A stretch of DNA of 24,000 nucleotides from assembly GCA_004558825.1 (NCBI GenBank), contig SFDB01000002.1, positions 1 through 24,000 of the forward strand, read 5' to 3'. Positions within the stretch are counted from its first letter, which is position 1. Every line of letters begins with the position of its first letter. This stretch comes from Clostridiales bacterium. GTDB lineage: Bacteria; Bacillota; Clostridia; Christensenellales; CAG-138. The position numbers were made by a program, and so were the translations under genes. Under the pieces are notes generated by a model, which was given only the letters and a program-made list of their open reading frames with translations, made no database searches and was not told the DNA's origin. Of this stretch, positions 7,854 through 17,878 are shown in pieces.

Positions 7854-8913
7854 TTACCTCCTTCCATATGGCGGACAGTGTATCATCCCCGATGGAACGG
7901 AGCGCATTTTGTATGCCCATCATTGCTGTTGCACCAAGATCGTCATAGGCGCTCTTTTGCTTGCCGAGTGTGACAAACCGGATTGACTCCAAATCATAGT
8001 CCGGCATAGCGTCAAAGCGATCTGCAAGCTCCTTTGCGAGGAGCAGTGAGCGGCGGGCGGCATCGCCGTCGCCGGATTGTATCTGTGTGTAGGCGATGCA
8101 TGCATGGAATACACCATTCATCTTGTCAAGGAAGCTGGGCTTTTCCCGGTCCCTCAAGCCGGAAAGTACACTTGAGCCCCAAAGAAGGATCGCCTGTGCG
8201 GAAGCATAGTCCTTTTGGCTGAAGAACACATTGACATAGCCCATAACGGTGCGCATGAGAGCTGCTGTGTTTTTTAGTAGAGCATCCGACAGAAAGGGCA
8301 ACGCCTCATTGGGGCGATTGCAGGCGGAAACAAGCGTCAAGCCGATCAGGTCATTGTAAATACCGCCTGCGTTGTGTTTCCGTAGAAGTTCCACAGCCTG
8401 CTCTCCCTTGCCCATAGCAAGATATGCTTCCGCCATGTCGCCGCAAATGGTAATCTCGCTGATTTCAGGGTCGGTGTTCTGCGGCAACAGGAACCTGGAA
8501 TATTCCAGCAGTTCCAGCGCACGGCGCAGCAACGCTTTTTCCTTACCTTCAATACCGAACAGCTGATACATGGTGGCGCTGATGTAAACGATTTCAAACG
8601 CATTAGGATACTTCTTCAGAGCCTTTTCAGCTTCTGTAAGTCCCTCCGGATTTTTTTCGTGACGATATTGTTTCAGCCTGTCCACGGACGCCTGCAAGCG
8701 ATTGTCTTTCATCTCATAGCCCAGCAGCACGTCTACCGATGTGTCAAAAAAATCCGCCATAGCCATAATCATAGCCAATTCAGGCTGGGACAACCTTGCC
8801 TCCCATTTATAAACTGCACCTACCGTTACACCCAGCACTTCGGCAAGCTGCTCTTGTGTCAGCGACAATTGCTTTCGGAAAGTCCGGATATTCTCTGCGA
8901 GTTTGATATCCAT
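7837..8913 (-). CDS. XRE-family transcriptional regulator with TPR-like C-terminal domain
   Basis: N-terminal IRTFRKQLSLTQEQLAEVLGVTVGAVYKWEARLSQPELAMIMAMADFFDTSVDVLLGY, then a helical-repeat-like C-terminus. Strong SD GGAGGT before ATG 8913. Overlaps the ABC gene start. Confidence 0.92.
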   Translation of the reverse strand: MDIKLAENIRTFRKQLSLTQEQLAEVLGVTVGAVYKWEARLSQPELAMIMAMADFFDTSVDVLLGYEMKDNRLQASVDRLKQYRHEKNPEGLTEAEKALKKYPNAFEIVYISATMYQLFGIEGKEKALLRRALELLEYSRFLLPQNTDPEISEITICGDMAEAYLAMGKGEQAVELLRKHNAGGIYNDLIGLTLVSACNRPNEALPFLSDALLKNTAALMRTVMGYVNVFFSQKDYASAQAILLWGSSVLSGLRDREKPSFLDKMNGVFHACIAYTQIQSGDGDAARRSLLLAKELADRFDAMPDYDLESIRFVTLGKQKSAYDDLGATAMMGIQNALRSIGDDTLSAIWKEVNEDEK

Positions 8914-9456
8914 ACGCCCACCTCCTTCATTGATTTACCCTTTTATGATAACAGAAAGAAGCGGCCAAACGAACATACCAATAGTATAATAAGATAAAAT
9001 ATAGTTCTACCAGCAGTGTGTATAACAGTGAATTTTAATCAAGAGGCTTGTATTCTGTGACGGTTTTCAAATATGCTTTCGGCTCTCCGTTCAAAATCAG
9101 GTCAGCGTATGCCAAGGGGTCATTGCGAATCAGATGGCTAAATACTGAACGCTGATACATATGGGGAACTCCGTGCTGCCATATTATGAAACATACCTAA
9201 GATAACGCCGAGGGCTTTCGCTTTAATAGATTCTGAAGATATGACGGCGGGCTAGCTGCAATGGGCTTAGCTGCTTATCAGATAATCATGTCTCGGAAGC
9301 TTTACGGGATTCCGAATGACCCTGGTTTGAGTCCTCTGCTTCAAGTCAATGGAAATTTATTGTTCTCTACACGCATGAGTATGATGATTGACGTTTCAAA
9401 ACGCATAATGATATGGTATAATCTTCAGAAATGTTTGCGAAGAAAAGGAGAACTGT

Positions 9457-10623
9457 GTGATTTCGCTGCTTGTTAAGCTGTTTTACGGCGAAATGAATAT
9501 GGGCGACGAGAAGGCTGTAAGGCGCGCGTACGGCACCGCGTGCAGCGGTGCAGGCATAGGCTTCAATGTGCTTTTGTTCGCGGGCAAGCTTATTGCGGGT
9601 ATGCTCAGCGGGTCTGTCGCCATCGTGTCCGACGCATTCAACAATCTGTCCGATGCGGGCTCGTCTATAATATCGCTGGTGGGGTTTAAGCTATCGAATA
9701 AGAAGTCGGACCCGCAGCATCCGTTCGGTCATGGCAGACTTGAATATATATCGGGCCTTTGCGTTTCGTTTTTAATAATATTAATGGGAGTTGAGCTCGG
9801 TAAGGCGTCGATAGAGAAGATAATCGAGCCCGCGCAGGTGAAATTCAGCTTGCTTACGGCTGCGATACTTGCCGCATCGATACTCGTAAAGCTGTATATG
9901 GCACTTTATAACAGCCGCATAGGCAAACGACTGAATGCGGTCACGATGAAAGCTATGGCGAAAGACAGCTTGAGCGATGCTGTGGCGACGAGCGTGGTGC
10001 TGATGTCGATGATAGTTGCAAAGCTTGCGGACATAGCGATAGACGGTTACTGCGGCGTCATTGTCGCTGCATTCATACTGTTTACGGGCATAACGGCCGC
10101 ACGCGACACGATAAGTCCGCTTTTAGGCCAAAAACCGGATTCCGAGTTTATAGAAGAGGTCATGAGGATAGTCAACGCGCATAAGGAGATAATAGGCACA
10201 CACGACCTTGTTGTGCACGACTACGGTCCGGGTAGGCTGATGATAACGCTGCACGCAGAGGTCGATGCCGATATGGATATACTTGTTGCGCACGATGCCG
10301 TTGACAATATAGAGAATGAGCTTCGGGAGAAGCTCGGCTGCAGCGCCGTAGTGCATATGGATCCGATTGTCACAGACGACGTGGAGGTAAACGCTACGCG
10401 GGAAGAGATTAAACGGGTTGTGAGCAACATCGATTCAAGGATGACAATACACGATTTCAGGATGGTACCCGGACCTACGCACACGAATGTGATTTTTGAT
10501 GTAGCGGTGCCGTTTGATATAGACATGGACGACGACGAGCTGAGGAAGATTTTGGGGGCGCGGATAAGGGACGTTGACTCAAAGCTGAACGCCGTTATAG
10601 AAATAGATAAATGCTACTGCTAA
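9457..10623 (+). CDS. Cation diffusion facilitator family transporter
   Basis: 388 aa. SVAIVSDAFNNLSDAGSSIISLVGFKLSNKKSDPQHPFGHGRLEYISGL is the CDF signature. GTG start preceded by AAGGAG. Confidence 0.93.
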   Translation: MISLLVKLFYGEMNMGDEKAVRRAYGTACSGAGIGFNVLLFAGKLIAGMLSGSVAIVSDAFNNLSDAGSSIISLVGFKLSNKKSDPQHPFGHGRLEYISGLCVSFLIILMGVELGKASIEKIIEPAQVKFSLLTAAILAASILVKLYMALYNSRIGKRLNAVTMKAMAKDSLSDAVATSVVLMSMIVAKLADIAIDGYCGVIVAAFILFTGITAARDTISPLLGQKPDSEFIEEVMRIVNAHKEIIGTHDLVVHDYGPGRLMITLHAEVDADMDILVAHDAVDNIENELREKLGCSAVVHMDPIVTDDVEVNATREEIKRVVSNIDSRMTIHDFRMVPGPTHTNVIFDVAVPFDIDMDDDELRKILGARIRDVDSKLNAVIEIDKCYC

Positions 10624-10633
10624 AGGAGGCACA

Positions 10634-11167
10634 ATGATGAATATATGGCATGATATTTCACCGAAACGCATAAAAAACAACGACTTCTATTCCGTTATCG
10701 AAATAACGAAGGGAAGCAAAACAAAATATGAGCTTGATAAGGAGACTGGATTTATAAAGCTCGACAGGATACTGTATACATCGACGCACTATCCCGCAAA
10801 CTACGGCCTGATACCGCGCACATACGCTGCCGACGGCGATCCGCTTGACGTGCTGGTAATATGCTCTGAGCCTATACATCCGCTTGCGCTTGTGAGATGT
10901 TACCCGATAGGCATGATAACGATGAAGGACAACAACGCCGACGACGATAAGATTATCGCCATACCGTTTGACGATCCGACCTACAACGAATATAACGACA
11001 TAAGTGAGCTTCCCAGGCATGTCATGGAGGAGATGTCACACTTCTTCTCCGTGTACAAGGCGCTTGAAAACAAACAGACCGTCATCGACGAGGTTAAAAA
11101 CCGCGACGAAGCGATACGCGTCGTTCAGGAAGCCATTGACAGCTATATTGAGCTTTTTTGTAAATAA
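10634..11167 (+). CDS. ppa: Inorganic pyrophosphatase
   Basis: KYELDKETGFIKLDRILYTSTHYPANYGLIPRTYAADGDPLDVLVI and DDDKIIAIPFDDP motifs of family I PPase. Confidence 0.95.
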   Translation: MMNIWHDISPKRIKNNDFYSVIEITKGSKTKYELDKETGFIKLDRILYTSTHYPANYGLIPRTYAADGDPLDVLVICSEPIHPLALVRCYPIGMITMKDNNADDDKIIAIPFDDPTYNEYNDISELPRHVMEEMSHFFSVYKALENKQTVIDEVKNRDEAIRVVQEAIDSYIELFCK

Positions 11168-11184
11168 AACACAGGAGGAAAAGC

Positions 11185-12192
11185 ATGAAAATAGCGGTAG
11201 ACATATTTGGCGGAGACAATTCGCCGTCAGCGCTGATAGACGGCTGCGTCGATGCAGCAAAGCTTTATGACGACGTTGAATTTATATTTACGGGCGATGA
11301 ACGCGTAATAACCGACTACATGAGCGAAAAGGGTTATGGAAGCTCGCGCATAAGTATCATCGATGCTCCCGAGACGATAACATGCGGCGATCAGCCGACG
11401 GTCGCCATAAAGCGCAAGAAGAACTCGTCGCTTGTAAAAGCGCTCGAGCTTGTCGCGTCAAAGGAGGCGGATGCGTTCGTATCGGCGGGAAGCACGGGCG
11501 CCGTGCTTGCGGGCGCAACTCTTATAGTAAGGAGAATCAAGGGCGTGAAGCGTCCTGCTCTTGCGCCTGTGATGCCCACCGTGAAAGGGCCCGTGCTGCT
11601 TATTGACTGCGGGGCAAACGTTGACTGCAAGCCGAACTATCTTCAGCAGTTTGCCGTGATGGGAAGCGCATACATGAAAAAGGTCTGCGGAATAGATGCA
11701 CCGCGCGTAGGCCTAATCAACAACGGCGCAGAGGCGGAAAAGGGAAACGAGCTTACGAAAAGCGCATATAAGCTTCTTGAGAACACTGACATAAACTTTG
11801 TCGGAAACTGCGAGGCACGCTATACTATGACGGGCGACTATGATGTACTTGTCTGCGACGGCTTTGTCGGCAACGCAGTGCTCAAATGCACTGAGGGCGT
11901 GGCCAGGTCCGTTATGAGCATAATGAAGCAGGAGCTTATGGCAAGTCCTATAACGAAGCTTGGTGCGCTCATAAGCAAATCGGGTTTTAAGCGTGTGAAG
12001 AAGCGCATGGATTATACGGAGTACGGCGGAGCGCCGCTGCTTGGCATAAACGGATGCATAATAAAGGCGCACGGGAGCTCTAACGCAAAGGCGATAACGT
12101 CAGCAATAGGCCAGGCACGCAGCTACTGCATTGGGGACGTTACTGCCGCCATACAGAGCGGTATCGAGGCGCTTCCCGAATGTGAGGATTGA
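11185..12192 (+). CDS. plsX: Phosphate acyltransferase PlsX
   Basis: MKIAVDIFGGDNSPSALIDG...AFVSAGSTGAVLAGATLIVRRIKGVKRPALAPVMPT...LIDCGANVDCKPNYLQQFA. Followed by acpP. Confidence 0.95.
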   Translation: MKIAVDIFGGDNSPSALIDGCVDAAKLYDDVEFIFTGDERVITDYMSEKGYGSSRISIIDAPETITCGDQPTVAIKRKKNSSLVKALELVASKEADAFVSAGSTGAVLAGATLIVRRIKGVKRPALAPVMPTVKGPVLLIDCGANVDCKPNYLQQFAVMGSAYMKKVCGIDAPRVGLINNGAEAEKGNELTKSAYKLLENTDINFVGNCEARYTMTGDYDVLVCDGFVGNAVLKCTEGVARSVMSIMKQELMASPITKLGALISKSGFKRVKKRMDYTEYGGAPLLGINGCIIKAHGSSNAKAITSAIGQARSYCIGDVTAAIQSGIEALPECED

Positions 12193-12246
12193 CATAATAA
12201 GCAATTTTGCCTAAAATAAATGAAAACCTGAAAGGCGGAAACTAAA

Positions 12247-12474
12247 ATGACGTTTGAAAAGATAGCGGAGCTTATAGCTGCCCAGCTCGGTATAGACAAG
12301 GACAGCATAACTGAAGATTCAAGACTTCTTGAGGATCTCAAGGCTGATTCGCTTGACGTTGTGGAGATGATAATGGATCTTGAGCAGGAGTACAATATCG
12401 AGATACCCGACGACGAGCTGCCCAAGATTAAGACGGTAGGCGACATCGTAAGATACATTTCATCGGTAAAATAA
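12247..12474 (+). CDS. acpP: Acyl carrier protein
   Basis: 75 aa with LKADSLDVVEMIMDLEQEYNIEIPDDE (phosphopantetheine-attachment DSL motif). Confidence 0.95.
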   Translation: MTFEKIAELIAAQLGIDKDSITEDSRLLEDLKADSLDVVEMIMDLEQEYNIEIPDDELPKIKTVGDIVRYISSVK

Positions 12475-12558
12475 GCGAAAACAGGTCTCAGCGATATGCC
12501 ATGCCGAGGTAATTCGGCATGGCAAAATGTGTTATTGAAACGGAGCGATTTAACGGAA

Positions 12559-13269
12559 GTGGACGAGCGTAGAATCAAGGCACTCGAATATTTTCAAAAG
12601 CGTATCGGATATGTATTCAATGATGAAAGCATATTGAATACGGCGCTTACACATTCGTCATACGTCAAGTGCGAAAATAAAAGCGCGGTTCACAACGAAC
12701 GCCTCGAGTTTTTGGGTGACGCCGTACTCGAGCTGTGCGTAAGCGAGAAGCTTTTCAATGAAAACCCGCAAATGAACGAAGGCACGATGACGCGCATAAG
12801 GTCGCTTGCCGTATATGAGGACGCGCTTTTTCGAGTCGCGAAGCGTATGGATGTAGGCTCGGTGCTTTTGATAAGCAACGGCGAGGAGCGTACGGGCGGA
12901 AGAGAAAAGCCGTCGATACTTTCGGATGCCGTCGAGGCCGTTATAGGCGCGATATATGTAGACGGCGGGTATTCGGCTGCTAAAAAATTCATACTCGGCT
13001 TTGCAAACCTTAGCATACAAGAGGCAATGAGCATGGTCAGCACAAAGGATTATAAGACGATGCTTCAGGAGCATATGCAAAAGCTGCATTTGGGCGACCT
13101 TACATATGTGCTTGTGGACGAAAGCGGTCCTGAGCATAAAAAGATGTTTACAATGGCCGTAGTTTCGAACGGAGAGACAATAGGTACAGGCAGCGGCGGT
13201 TCGAAGCAGGAAGCGGGCAAGGCCGCGGCACACGATGCGCTGCTTAAAATGAACGTATTAAAGGACTAA
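12559..13269 (+). CDS. rnc: Ribonuclease III
   Basis: ERLEFLGDAVLELCVSE signature, EAVIGAIYVDGG, and a C-terminal dsRBD (GTGSGGSKQEAGKAAAHDALLKM). The longer ORF starts at 12496, but that ATG lies at the foot of a hairpin, so GTG 12559 is my preferred but uncertain start. Confidence 0.93.
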   Translation: MDERRIKALEYFQKRIGYVFNDESILNTALTHSSYVKCENKSAVHNERLEFLGDAVLELCVSEKLFNENPQMNEGTMTRIRSLAVYEDALFRVAKRMDVGSVLLISNGEERTGGREKPSILSDAVEAVIGAIYVDGGYSAAKKFILGFANLSIQEAMSMVSTKDYKTMLQEHMQKLHLGDLTYVLVDESGPEHKKMFTMAVVSNGETIGTGSGGSKQEAGKAAAHDALLKMNVLKD

Positions 13270-13282
13270 AGGAGAGAGCCTT

Positions 13283-16200
13283 TTGAAACTTCTAAGGCTT
13301 GAGATTTCGGGGTTTAAGTCGTTTGCCAAGAAGACCGTTATAGAGTTCAGGGACGGGATAACGGCTATCGTAGGCCCTAACGGAAGCGGAAAAAGCAATA
13401 TTGCCGACGCCATAAGGTGGGTGCTTGGTGAACAGCGTCCAAAGGCTTTACGCGGCGCAAAAATGGAGGACGTAATATTCAACGGTACGGAGCAGCGCAA
13501 GCCGCTTGCCTTCTGCGAAGTAACGCTTGTTTTTGACAATTCGGACGGAATGCTGCCGACCGATTTTGTTGAGGTGAGCGTGACGCGCCGCGCCTACAGA
13601 ACGGGCGAAGGCGAATATATGCTAAACGGCAAGCAATGCAGGCTAAAAGATGTTCAGGAGATATTCCGTGACACGGGAATAGGCAAAGAAGGCTATTCAA
13701 TAATTGGGCAGGGGAAGGTAGACGAGATACTCTCGAACAAGTCGAGCGAGCGCAGGATGATATTTGAAGAGGCTGCGGGCGTTATGCGCTACAGGACGCG
13801 CAAGGAGGAGGCCGAGCGGCGTCTCGAAAATACGGAAAAGAATCTCGAACGCGTAAGAGACGTACTTGCAGAGCTTGAAGAGCGGCTTGAACCGCTCGAA
13901 AGGCAGAGCACAACGGCGAAAAAGTATCTTTCGCTGCGCGAAGAACTGAAAAAAGCAGAGCTCAACCTGTTCCTTATTCAATATGACAAACTCAACGAAC
14001 GTATAAGCGCTTCAGCCGCCGTAATGGAACAGGCGTCAAACGAGACGCTCGACAAACAAAACTATATCTCTAATATCGAGCGCGAATGCATGTCCGCCGA
14101 GGCGAGCGAACGCGATGGAAACACGAATATAAACGATTTGCAGAATAAGCTGCTCGAACTAACGGCGAGCCTTGAGGGTCAAGCGGGCGAGTCGAAGGTG
14201 ATTAAAGAAAGAATAGCAAATTCACAAGCCGAGCAGGCCAGGCTGGGCGACGAGATAAAGCGAGGCGAGGTGCTTTTAAGCGAAAACGCGGAAAACCTGA
14301 ACGAGCTTGAGAACGAAATAAAAAGTAAGGGCGACAAATATGCGGAGCTTCAAAAAGCAATAGAGGAGCTTACCGTTGAGAGCGCGGCACTTGCGTCCGC
14401 GGCAGAGAAAGCGGAAGCGATGCTTGACGCTCAAAAACAAAGCATAATCGACGCGATGAACAGCCTTTCGGACGCAAAGAGCAGGCTTGCCCGCTTTGAG
14501 ACGATGAAGGCGACGCTGAACGAGCGTGTCGAAGCGATAGATAAAGAAACGCTGCTGCATGATAGTGAGCTGGAAAAGCTTCAGACGGAGTTTAGCGAGG
14601 CTGACGAGCTTTACGAAGAGCTTCTCGATGGCGAGAAGGAAGTCAAGCAGCAAAAATGTGAGGCGGAGCGAAAAAGAGAGCAGATATCTGCACAAATTGC
14701 TCTGCTGCGCGAGAATACGAAAAAGTCGGAGCATGAGCTTGAGCGCAAGCGCTCACGCATAAAAGTTCTGCGAGAGCTGAAAGAATCGCATGAGGGGTTT
14801 TATGCGAGCGTGAGGAGGCTGCTCAGCGACGCGAAAGCAGACCCACGTCTTGCGGATGCAATAGAGGGCGCCGTTGCGGAATTGATAAAGGTGCCGCGCG
14901 AATATGAAACGGCAATTGAGATGGCGCTCGGTTCGGCGCTGCAAAATATAATCGTTCCGACAGAGAATGACGCAAAGCTTGTGATTAACCATTTGCGAAG
15001 CCGAAATTACGGACGCGCTACGCTTCTGCCTGTATCTGCCATCCGTCCGAGAGCGCTGACCGACGCCGAGAAGCGTTTCATAAAGATGCGCGGATGCCAT
15101 GGCATAGCGGCCGAACTTGTCGAATGTGCGCCGCGATACGCCGATATATGCTCGAATTTGCTTGGAAGAACGGTTATCGTTGACGACCTTGATACAGGCA
15201 TAGCCATTAGCAGGCAGGTCGGTTCATCGTTTAGGATAGCTACGCTAAAGGGCGACATAATCAACCCCGGAGGCTCGATGACGGGCGGAAGCGTGCAGAG
15301 GTCTGAGTTCAGCCTGCTGGGCAGAGAACGCGAAATCGACGAGCTTGAGAACGGCTGCGCTGCGGATGAGGAGAAGCTCAGAGCGCAGGAATGTTCCGTT
15401 AATGAGGCTTCCGACGCTTTGCGCGCCGCAGAATCCGAGCTCGCCGAACTTGACAGCGAGCTGCACGAGAAGCAGGTCGAAAAGGCTTCAAGATACGAAA
15501 AGCTTGACATAATAAAGAAATATATCGAACAGTCGGAGACAACGCGCCAAAAGCTTCTGCAGGAACGCGCGCGCGTTGTTGACAGCATTGCGGACATAGA
15601 GAATGAAGTGGCGAAATGCGAGGCGGTCACGGGCAACATTGAGAGCGGAAACGTCGCGACAAAAGAAGACATAGCGAAAACTCAGGGCGAGCTTAACGCG
15701 AAGCGTGCCGAACAAAATGAGCTGAACGAGCGCATTACTTCTATGAAGCTTGACGCAGTGGCGCTTGAACGCGAACGCGCAGCGGCATCTGCACAAAAAA
15801 AGCGCACAGAGAGCGAGGCTGTAGCTGTGCGGGAAAGGGTGTCGAAAGCCGAAGCAGAGATAAGCAGGCTCAGGGCGCTTGAAGGGGAGCTCAGCGATAT
15901 GCTTTTGACTTCCGATGCTTTTGTAAATGAGGAGCGAAAGAAGGCGGACGACCTTTCGGATGAAATAAAGCGGCTGAGCGACGAGCAGACGCTCATACAG
16001 ACGCATATAGGCGAGCTTCGTGAGAGGCGTTCTGCGGCGCAGGCAGAGCTTGATGCTCTTTTGGAGCGAAAGCACCGCGCTGAAATGAGCATGAATAAAT
16101 CACAGCTTGAATTGTCCGCGATGCAGGAGCGTATATTCAATGACTATGAGATGACGTATGAGAACGTGCTGCCATACAGACGAAATGTTTCCGCAACGGC

Positions 16201-16849
16201 GGAGCATATGAAGTCGGATGAGCTGAAAAAGGAAATAAAAGCGCTTGGCGACATAAACGTAAACGCGATTGAGGAGTATGCGCTTGTCAACGAACGATAC
16301 GCGACTCTCAAAACGCAGTCGGACGATCTTGTGGAAGCAAAGGTCGACCTTGAAAAGCTCATAGAGGAACTGCTCGACACGATGAAATCGGAGTTTACGA
16401 AGCAATTCGCACTTATCCGTGAAAACTTCACTTTGGTTTTTTCGGAGCTTTTTCGGGGCGGTAGGGCGGAGCTTGCGCTTTCGGATGAGAGCGATGTTCT
16501 CAACTGCGATATAGATATAATTGCCCAGCCTCCGGGAAAGAGGCTTCAGCTTATGTCGTTGCTGTCCGGAGGCGAACGCGCTCTTACTGCGATAGCATTG
16601 CTGTTCGCAATACTGCGGCTTAAACCGACCGCGTTTTGCGTACTCGATGAGATAGAAACTTCGCTCGATGAAACAAATGTATCCAACTTTGCGGAGTATC
16701 TCAAAAACTATTCAAAGAGCACCCAATTCATATTGATAACGCACAGAAAAGGCAGCATGGCGGTATGCAATGCGCTTTACGGCGTTGCGATGGAGGAGAA
16801 GGGCGTGTCAAAGATAGCATCGGCAAAATTTGAAGAAGAGGCTGTATAA
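13283..16849 (+). CDS. smc: Chromosome segregation protein SMC
   Basis: 1188 aa. Walker A GPNGSGKSNIADAIRWVLGEQ, long coiled coils, hinge, and C-terminal LLSGGERALTAIALLFAILRLKPTAFCVLDEIE. Confidence 0.97.
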   Translation: MKLLRLEISGFKSFAKKTVIEFRDGITAIVGPNGSGKSNIADAIRWVLGEQRPKALRGAKMEDVIFNGTEQRKPLAFCEVTLVFDNSDGMLPTDFVEVSVTRRAYRTGEGEYMLNGKQCRLKDVQEIFRDTGIGKEGYSIIGQGKVDEILSNKSSERRMIFEEAAGVMRYRTRKEEAERRLENTEKNLERVRDVLAELEERLEPLERQSTTAKKYLSLREELKKAELNLFLIQYDKLNERISASAAVMEQASNETLDKQNYISNIERECMSAEASERDGNTNINDLQNKLLELTASLEGQAGESKVIKERIANSQAEQARLGDEIKRGEVLLSENAENLNELENEIKSKGDKYAELQKAIEELTVESAALASAAEKAEAMLDAQKQSIIDAMNSLSDAKSRLARFETMKATLNERVEAIDKETLLHDSELEKLQTEFSEADELYEELLDGEKEVKQQKCEAERKREQISAQIALLRENTKKSEHELERKRSRIKVLRELKESHEGFYASVRRLLSDAKADPRLADAIEGAVAELIKVPREYETAIEMALGSALQNIIVPTENDAKLVINHLRSRNYGRATLLPVSAIRPRALTDAEKRFIKMRGCHGIAAELVECAPRYADICSNLLGRTVIVDDLDTGIAISRQVGSSFRIATLKGDIINPGGSMTGGSVQRSEFSLLGREREIDELENGCAADEEKLRAQECSVNEASDALRAAESELAELDSELHEKQVEKASRYEKLDIIKKYIEQSETTRQKLLQERARVVDSIADIENEVAKCEAVTGNIESGNVATKEDIAKTQGELNAKRAEQNELNERITSMKLDAVALERERAAASAQKKRTESEAVAVRERVSKAEAEISRLRALEGELSDMLLTSDAFVNEERKKADDLSDEIKRLSDEQTLIQTHIGELRERRSAAQAELDALLERKHRAEMSMNKSQLELSAMQERIFNDYEMTYENVLPYRRNVSATAEHMKSDELKKEIKALGDINVNAIEEYALVNERYATLKTQSDDLVEAKVDLEKLIEELLDTMKSEFTKQFALIRENFTLVFSELFRGGRAELALSDESDVLNCDIDIIAQPPGKRLQLMSLLSGGERALTAIALLFAILRLKPTAFCVLDEIETSLDETNVSNFAEYLKNYSKSTQFILITHRKGSMAVCNALYGVAMEEKGVSKIASAKFEEEAV

Positions 16850-16859
16850 AGGAGAAAAC

Positions 16860-17774
16860 ATGGAGACAAAAAAAGAAGGCTTTTTTGCCAAACTCAAGCG
16901 CGGTCTTGCAAAAACGCGCGACAATGTTTTCGCGGAGCTTTTTGGGATGGCTCCGAATGAACGCATTGACGATGAGTTTTTTGATGAGCTCGAAGAGGCG
17001 CTTATCATTGCCGATGTTGGAGTTAATACGACCGAAAAGATTATTGAGCGCTTGAGAGATGAACTCAAGCAGGAAAAGATAAAGACGAAATCCGAAGCGA
17101 GGGAAAGCTTAAAGAGAATAATAGCCGACCTTATGCGCGCCGACGATGAGCTCTTTAATGAGGGCGAAGGCGCTGTAATACTTATCGTTGGCGTGAACGG
17201 CGTAGGTAAGACGACATCTATAGGCAAGCTTGCGAAGTATTATAAGGAATGCGGCAAAAAGCCTATGCTGGCCGCCGGAGACACGTTCAGGGCGGCGGCT
17301 GCCGAACAGCTTACCGTGTGGGCCGAGCGTGTGGATGTGCCGATAGTTAAGCATGGCGAGGGGGCGGATCCTGCTGCCGTGGTATTTGACGCGATTGCAT
17401 CGTATAAGGCTAAGGGCAGAGACATGCTTATATGCGACACGGCGGGAAGACTTCACAATAAGAAGAACCTGATGAGCGAGCTGAGCAAGATACGGCGCGT
17501 GATAGACAGGGAATTGCCGAATGCGAAATGCGAGGTGCTTCTCGTTATCGACGCAACGACCGGTCAAAACGCCATCGCTCAGGCGAAAGCATTCGGAGAG
17601 TCGGTAGGACTTACGGGCATAATCGTGACGAAACTCGACGGCACGGCCAAGGGCGGCGTAGCTATAGCCGTGAAGGAAGAGCTTGGCATCCCCGTGCGCT
17701 TCATAGGCGTAGGGGAAGGCGCCGACGATATGCACCCGTTTGATGCGGAACAGTTCGCGGACGCTATAATTTAA
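16860..17774 (+). CDS. ftsY: Signal recognition particle receptor FtsY
   Basis: GVNGVGKTTSIGKLAKYY, DTAGRLHNKKNLMSEL, TKLDGTAKGG and GVGEGADDMHPFDAEQF motifs. SD GGAG before ATG 16860. Confidence 0.96.
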   Translation: METKKEGFFAKLKRGLAKTRDNVFAELFGMAPNERIDDEFFDELEEALIIADVGVNTTEKIIERLRDELKQEKIKTKSEARESLKRIIADLMRADDELFNEGEGAVILIVGVNGVGKTTSIGKLAKYYKECGKKPMLAAGDTFRAAAAEQLTVWAERVDVPIVKHGEGADPAAVVFDAIASYKAKGRDMLICDTAGRLHNKKNLMSELSKIRRVIDRELPNAKCEVLLVIDATTGQNAIAQAKAFGESVGLTGIIVTKLDGTAKGGVAIAVKEELGIPVRFIGVGEGADDMHPFDAEQFADAII

Positions 17775-17795
17775 TTATTCAGCGCATATATAATA

Positions 17796-17828
17796 CAGGC
17801 CGAAGCGAATTTCCCCGTTTCGGCCTTT
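17796..17828. terminator. Terminator between convergent ftsY and GT2 genes
   Basis: AGGCCGAA (17796-17803) pairs with TTCGGCCT (17818-17825), followed by TTT. Confidence 0.65.
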
Positions 17829-17878
17829 TGCGTATACCCTTTGTGACTTAACCGCACAGTGAATCAACTATGCCGCGC

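Noticed and set aside
9261-9476. ORF 9261-9476 (+)
   Set aside because: No recognisable motifs. It overlaps the promoter region and start of the CDF gene, so it is likely non-coding.
10123-10526. Minus-strand ORFs under the CDF transporter
   Set aside because: Antisense shadows of a well-supported gene.
13697-16503. Many long minus-strand ORFs under smc (e.g. 14276-14734, 15007-15672, 15488-16075)
   Set aside because: Shadow ORFs from the codon bias of the smc coding strand. Low-complexity Ser/Leu/Arg-rich products with no domain signature.
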